Assembly: GCA_950097015.1 (NCBI GenBank)
Contig: CATNEN010000039.1
Coordinates: 8,122,001 to 8,186,000, forward strand
Direction: 5' to 3'
DNA: 64,000 bases
From: Macrostomum hystrix
Taxonomy: Eukaryota > Animalia > Platyhelminthes
Numbering within the stretch: position 1 is the stretch's first letter; each line of letters starts with the position of its first letter. Shown piece by piece: positions 58,735-64,000 of the stretch. The notes under the pieces are model-generated. The model did not search any database and was not told the DNA's origin. It worked only from the letters and a program-made list of their open reading frames with translations. The position numbers were made by a program, and so were the translations under genes.

Positions 58735-59238
58735 AGGGTGCTGGGTAGCTATGGTGATGGGTTGCTAGGGTGCTGGGTTGCTAGGGTGCTGGGTAGCTAT
58801 GGTGATGGGTTGCTAGGGTGCTGGGTTGCTATGGTGCTGGGCTGCTAGGGCGCTGGGTTGCTAGGGTGCTGGGTTGCTAGGGTGCTGGGTTGCTAGGGTG
58901 TTGGGTTGCTAGGGTGCTGGGCTGCTAGGGCGCTGGGTTGCTAGGGTGCTGGGTTGCTAGGGTGCTGGGTTGCTAGGGTGCTGGGTTGCTATGGTGCTGG
59001 GCTGCTAGGGCATTGGGTTGCTAGGGTGCTGGGTTGCTAGGGTGCTGGGTTGCTATGGTGCTGGGCTGCTAGGGCGCTGGGTTGCTAGGGTGTTGGGTTG
59101 CTAGGGTGCTGGGTTGCTAGGGTGCTGGGTTGCTATGGTGCTGGGTTGCTAGGGCGCTGGGTTGCTAGGGTGCTGGGTTGCTAGGGTGCTGGGTTGCTAG
59201 GGTGCTGGGTTGCTAGGGTGCTGGGTTGCTATGGTGCT
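58735..59238. repeat. 16-bp G-rich minisatellite GGGTTGCTAGGGTGCT
   Basis: Direct inspection. Confidence 0.95.
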
Positions 59239-59646
59239 TTGTGCTGTATAGTCAGTTATTCAACTATAAAGTAATAGGCATAACTTCTTTAGTTTCGTTG
59301 GTTTCAACCTACAAAGGCATAAAACGGCTAATATCTAATGAGAATAAAATCAACAAAGACTATGCAGCTACAATGAATGAACAAAAGCTGTTTCTGTTTG
59401 TTCTGCTTGATTCTAGAAACACGACAGTCGAGAGAAATATCAGAAGATTTGGAGTATTAATTCTTCCACAGCAGTACAAACTATGAAAAGCGAGATGTCG
59501 CTACCTGGAAAAAACCTAAGAGCAAACAAACTGAAAGAGAACCAGTGAAGAGAATTTTGTTCTTCAGAAACAACCGAAGACAAAAAGTGTACACAAGTCC
59601 CCCCTGGCGGTGTCCAATTTTATCTTCGCTGTCGATGGATCTGCAG

Positions 59647-62600
59647 TCACGTGTACTTTAACTTGCCGATGCTGTCGATGGCGGCGATGACCCATTCAAC
59701 TGGGCGCTCAGTTTTTTGCAGCAGCGGTCCCAGCTGAAATCAGGTGTTAAAAATAATTATGGCATCGTCAGGCAGTGTACACTTTCACTGTGTCTTGGAG
59801 GTTGGCCCTCAAGGTCGTAAATTTCACGACATGCCCCCCAAGCAAACTATCGTGACTGGGGCCCCAAATTAATGCGGCCTCGCTGTGGAATCGAACTCAG
59901 GGTTCTTGGTGCGAGAGGCAAACTCGTTAGACCGCTCTGCCACTTAACCTAAGGGGTTTTAGCCTAGTGCTTAGAGCGTCAAAGTCCCGATGCAAAAGGT
60001 CAGGGGTTCGATTCTTGACTCCACTGAAAAAAATCTGTGTCCTTTAGCAAGGCACCGAACTCAGCATTTCTTCAGTCGGTAAATGAGTCGCAGCATTAGC
60101 TTGGCTGTTGATGGTGGGTTTAACTCGCTCCACTCCCCAGTCCATGGACTGAATATGGCCACGGCTAAGCGTGGCATAATAGCTGCGGCTGTCCCTCTGT
60201 CTCTCTTCTAATTGCGATAATTCACCTGAGCCGAGTTGATCACGATGCCATTGTGGGCTGCCAGGCGGGACTTGATGCCAACAATGCCCTGCAGGTTGAC
60301 GCCTCGGCTGGCGTCCTCCAGCAGCGCCGTCCGGAAGCCGTGCTCAAGCGAATGCGAGGCGGTGGCGCCGACGCAGACGTCCGTGGCGAGGCCGCAGACG
60401 ATGACGTCGCTAATTTGCAGACGGTGCAACTGGTCGAAGAGGTCCGTCTTCTTGCGCTTGCCGTTGTCCCAGAAGGCCGAGTAGGAGTCGATGTCCGAGT
60501 CGGTGCCCTTGTAGACCCGAATGTGGTTCGGCGTCACCTGAGAACCAATGCTCAAATATTTTTGTACTTTGAATTTCAATGCATACTGTATAAACACAAT
60601 CGTGACATACAGGTCGTGGGTTCGATTCCGGACTTCACCGGAGCAGCTTGCGTCATGTAGCAATGCACTTAACTCTAAATTGTTTCAGTTCACCCAGCTG
60701 TTAAATGGGTACCAGCATTAGCTGGGAAAATTGAGCGTGGATGACGTGTCCTCCCAGTCATATAAATATTAGTAAATTAAACAAAAACCTGTTTCTAGTT
60801 ACGACCAGCAGGGCGGACGGTGGCAGACCGGTTAACGTGTTTGCCTCTGGCACCAAGGTCCCTGAGTTCGATTCTACGGCGAGGCCACATTTATTTGGGG
60901 CGCAGCCGCGGAGAGAAGGCTTTTGGGGCTTGTCGTGCAATTTACGCCCTTGAGGGCCAACCTCCAAGGCACAGTGAGAGTGTACACTGCCTGACGATGA
61001 GAAAGTCAGGGCAGATGTACACACCTGTGTGAGCGTATGACTGTGTACAGTATTTGTGTGCGTGCGTGCTCAGGAGTCAGCGTTATGGGTGCCGAATTGC
61101 CTCCTCGATGGCTAGTGTCACCAAATAATGTGCCATTGGCCGCAGCCCTCCTGCAATTATTTTTATTACTAGCTCGTATATTAAGTTAACCAGGACCAAA
61201 ATTTTCAACCCTTTTCACAGCCGAGCAACTAAAGCAATAGGAAATAAGAGTGTCTGCTCAGGGACACTATCGGTCATTCATTTGGTTCTGTTTATGCTCG
61301 TATTTTGGTTTATAAGTATGAATTCAGCGAACCTTCAGGCCAGGATGCAGCTCGGAACCATGAGAGCCCTGCACACAGTGTCTGGGCCACAGCTTCTGCT
61401 CCACTGGACCGTAGCTGCTAGTCTGCAGGATGACCGTGTCACCAACGCGAGCCTCTGCAGCCGACTTTACCTAGAAACAAAAATGATGTGCCACAATAAA
61501 CTGAGCTACTGCCACCGCTGACTGACTCAGGATCCGCTCAGCAGAGACGTCTGGTCCGTGGGCCCCTCCGACACCTAAGAAATATATATTATCACTTCTC
61601 TCCCGTGCCTCATCTCTCCCCTGTCTCACCTCTCCCGTGTCTTTTCTCTCCCATGTCTCATCTCTTCCATGTCTCACGTCTCCCGTGTCTTATCTCTCCC
61701 GTATCTCATCGATCCCCTGTCTCATCTCTCGCGTGTCTCATCGATCCCGTGTCTTCTTGTCTCTCCTTGTCTTGTCACTCCCGTGTCTCATCTCTCCCGT
61801 GTCTCATCTCTCCCGTGTCTCGTCTCCCCCGTGTCTCATCTCTCCCGTGTCTCATCTCTCCCGCGTCTCATTGATCCAGTGTCTTCTCATCTCTCCCGTG
61901 TCTCATCTCTCCCGTATCTCATCTCTCCCGTGTCTCATCTCTCCCGTGTCTCATCTCTCCCATGTCTCATCTCTCCCATGTCTCATCTCTCCCGTGTCTC
62001 ATCTCTGGCGTGTCTCATCTCTCCCGTGTCTCATCTCTCCCGTGTCTCGTCTCCCCCGTGTCTCATCTCTCCCCTGTCTCATCTCTCGCGTGTCTCATCG
62101 ATCCCGTGTCTTCTTGTCTCTCCTTGCCTTGTCTCTCCTTGTCTTGTCTCTCCTTGTCTTGTCTCTCCCGTGTACGAGCGTATTATCCATTGCCTGTCTT
62201 GTATGTCCTCAATCTTTTCTCTCTGGTCAATGCGGCCTGCCATTGCTCTTAGATGCTATCTCTGGCCATCGATGTATAAAATATTGCCGAGCGCAGGTAA
62301 AAAATATCGTGTCAAACTTGCGACAAACGCGCCCTTCCTTACCCCAGATCCGTTGCACAGTGCCCGATTTTGGACATTGTCAATGAAGGAGATGTGGTCG
62401 CCGGGGTGCCAGTCAAGCGAGTAGACGACGGTCTTCAGCTGGCTGGCGCATTTCTCCAGCGCTCGATTGATGATCGGCACAACTTCCGCTCCGTCCTGTC
62501 CGGCCTCGCACGACTTCAGAGCCAGCGAACCGCTGATGAAATCGTTCTGCACGTCGACAATGACTAGGGCGCCGGGTCCGTTGAATATGACGCTAAGCCA

Positions 62601-63522
62601 GGGTCCGGCAGTGTTTTGAAAGTCCTGACGGCTCACCACCCCATCCTGTAAGTTGCGGAAGATGTTTGCATATTAACAGTAGGACTACCAAGCCATTTTG
62701 CTGCTTATTTTTATTTAGGCTTCATCTGTGAAATTGGATAAATTCGCGTCAGGGTGTCCACAGTGGCCTAGTTCCACTTGTTGTAGCCCTTGAAGGTCCA
62801 GAAGTTCGTTTAGATAAAGGTAGGTGAACCACCGAAGACGGGGATGATGCAGGCGCATTGGGGTGACATGCTGATCAATTTTGAAGGCCGCACTGAGGCG
62901 CAGTGCTAATTTGTCTAATACGGGTGTATGAAATACACTAGCGCTTATGAGGTAAATAAGACCCTTAGACAGAACCATTGAATATCTCGACGGTCTGAAG
63001 AGCTGGCGACTTGATAATTGTTTTAGAAGATGCGCAAGAAGAGTTTGGCCTTGAGTTTCGTTTGCTTGCGTTGCTCCGTTCGGGTGCAACAAAAAAAGTT
63101 GTCAGGAGGGGGGAATTTCCCCGCCTTGATAGTTCCACTGTTAAAGTTACAAAAATGGAGGAATAAAGACGAAAATATGTCAAATTCTTGCATTGTCGGC
63201 GTCCAAAAACGAGTGCAGCTTTGTCAAGTGCGCATCAGTCACCAAGCCAGAGGTTGCCAGATGGTTTAGCAACTGCTTGAGCTCTTTTTTATCCAGCGCC
63301 CCGTCTCTGCAATTTTATTATTATTCAAGCTGTTGTGGCAGAAATTTAGAAATTCTAAATTGTATAATAAGAATAAGAAGCAGTGATCTAATATATTTTT
63401 CAGCGACTGAGAGAGAGCGTAACGCACCTGTTCGTATCAAAGCAGAGGAACACTTTGTCAGCATCGGCGGTTGTTATATCCTTGCCAGGAAGCCGTGAAA
63501 TTATTTGTTTCGCTTCAGTCAT
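59647..63522 (-). CDS. Naam: Nicotinamidase/pyrazinamidase (isochorismatase fold) with two N-terminal EF-hands, Naam/PNC1-like (~349 aa)
   Basis: Exons 63522-63428, 63306-63192, 62645-62343, 61470-61333, 60537-60226, 59733-59647. EF loops DTNRDGALDKKE and DADNDGVVSRQD; VDVQNDF, DWHPGDHISF, LWPRHCVQ, KGTDSDIDSYSAF, GLATDVCV (D-K-C triad). Confidence 0.92.
59762..59945 (-). mobile_element. SINE family B, 5' part
   Basis: Reverse-complement match; head-to-head with the SINE A copy at 59952. Confidence 0.75.
59952..60195 (+). mobile_element. SINE family A, diverged copy
   Basis: tagcctagtgcttagagcgtc...ggttcgattc...gtgtcctttagcaaggcac. Confidence 0.72.
60610..60760 (+). mobile_element. SINE family A, partial copy
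   Basis: B box and cagttcacccagctgttaaatgggtaccagc. Confidence 0.7.
60811..61170 (+). mobile_element. SINE family B (tRNA-like head, ~350 bp), near full length
   Basis: A box TGGCAGA.CGG, B box GAGTTCGATTC; internal gtacactgcctgacgatgagaaagtcagggcagatgtac hairpin; tail gcagccctcctgcaattatt; at least 10 related copies in the window. Confidence 0.82.
61595..62172. repeat. 16-bp pyrimidine-rich minisatellite TCTCATCTCTCCCGTG
   Basis: Nicotinamidase intron 3. Confidence 0.92.
62673..63144. mobile_element. Non-autonomous TIR element (MITE family C) flanked by TTAA
   Basis: TTAA|CAGTAGGACTACCAAG ... CTTGATAGTTCCACTG|TTAA; body shared with the 35911 and 56812 copies. Confidence 0.78.
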
Positions 63523-64000
63523 AGCTGGAAAGAGACAATTTAAATAGTGTTAATTAAGCCAGTCTTTTATTTCCGACTTTTTTGCCAAGTATTAGCAACC
63601 TTAAGCCTAGCATGTACTAGCCTAGCTAGTTTAATATTTTCAAAACAAGCTCCTCAAAAAGTGCTGGTTCAGGAAGTCAAAAAGTATTTTGTTTGATCCT
63701 TTAAATCAAACAAACATCTTTAAATGTACAGAGGACAGTCGATACAACACAGACGCTATCTTAAGCATTTTAATGTAAAACTATTTGTACTAAAAGAGAG
63801 TATGTACATCTGATTTAACAGGACATAACTCTATGTGAATTTTTATTTTAAGTTTGTAGTCTATAAAATGTTTCTAGAAGACAATTTTTCAGGTTTTATA
63901 AGCGCATTTAATCCATGAAACCGTGAAATTTTGAATTAATTTATCCTGCAAAAATATAGTACGTTCGTTATGAAAGGTGCTGTAATTAAGCAAATCTAGG

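Noticed and set aside
58735-59238. Interstitial telomere
   Set aside because: The unit is 16 bp and lacks TTAGGG repeats.
60981-61020. Hammerhead-like CTGACGA...GAAA GTC in SINE B
   Set aside because: No room for stem II or III; CTGAC simply pairs with GTCAG in a plain hairpin. An Infernal search with hammerhead models would settle it.
61527-61574. Extra acceptor (ttcttag|GTGTCG) in nicotinamidase intron 3
   Set aside because: Gives a stop after 15 codons in the required phase; the 61470 acceptor restores the conserved LWPRHCVQ exon.

Overview
Eukaryotic (metazoan) genomic DNA with GC-rich exons and AT-rich introns crowded with minisatellites, SINEs and DNA transposons. The style resembles a free-living flatworm such as Macrostomum; this is inference, not verified. 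Four spliced genes were reconstructed by hand from splice sites and codon phase: (1) MICAL flavoprotein monooxygenase (minus, 27520->6603; FAD-MO, degenerate CH, LIM and C-terminal bMERB-like coiled coil; one junction unresolved); (2) a ZC3H4/ZC3H6/Su(s)-type triple-CCCH protein with C-terminal DPR motifs (plus, 34040-41833); (3) a rhodopsin-class peptide-type GPCR (minus, 52617->50625); (4) an EF-hand nicotinamidase (minus, 63522->59647, with a GC-AG intron). MICAL introns 2-3 hold an intact Tc1 (DD34E) element, a decayed IS630/Tc1-like element with ~190-bp TIRs and a piggyBac remnant. Two tRNA-headed SINE families (one CORE/MIR-like) and a TTAA-flanked MITE recur. There are about 24 tandem arrays, and almost every one has its own unit. 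Most unusual signals: many introns carry a private minisatellite next to a splice site; several units read as miniature GT...AG introns or branchpoint-plus-acceptor motifs; and a 12-bp array varies mostly synonymously in a (YDSS)n frame. Most long ORFs in the supplied track are repeat artefacts.
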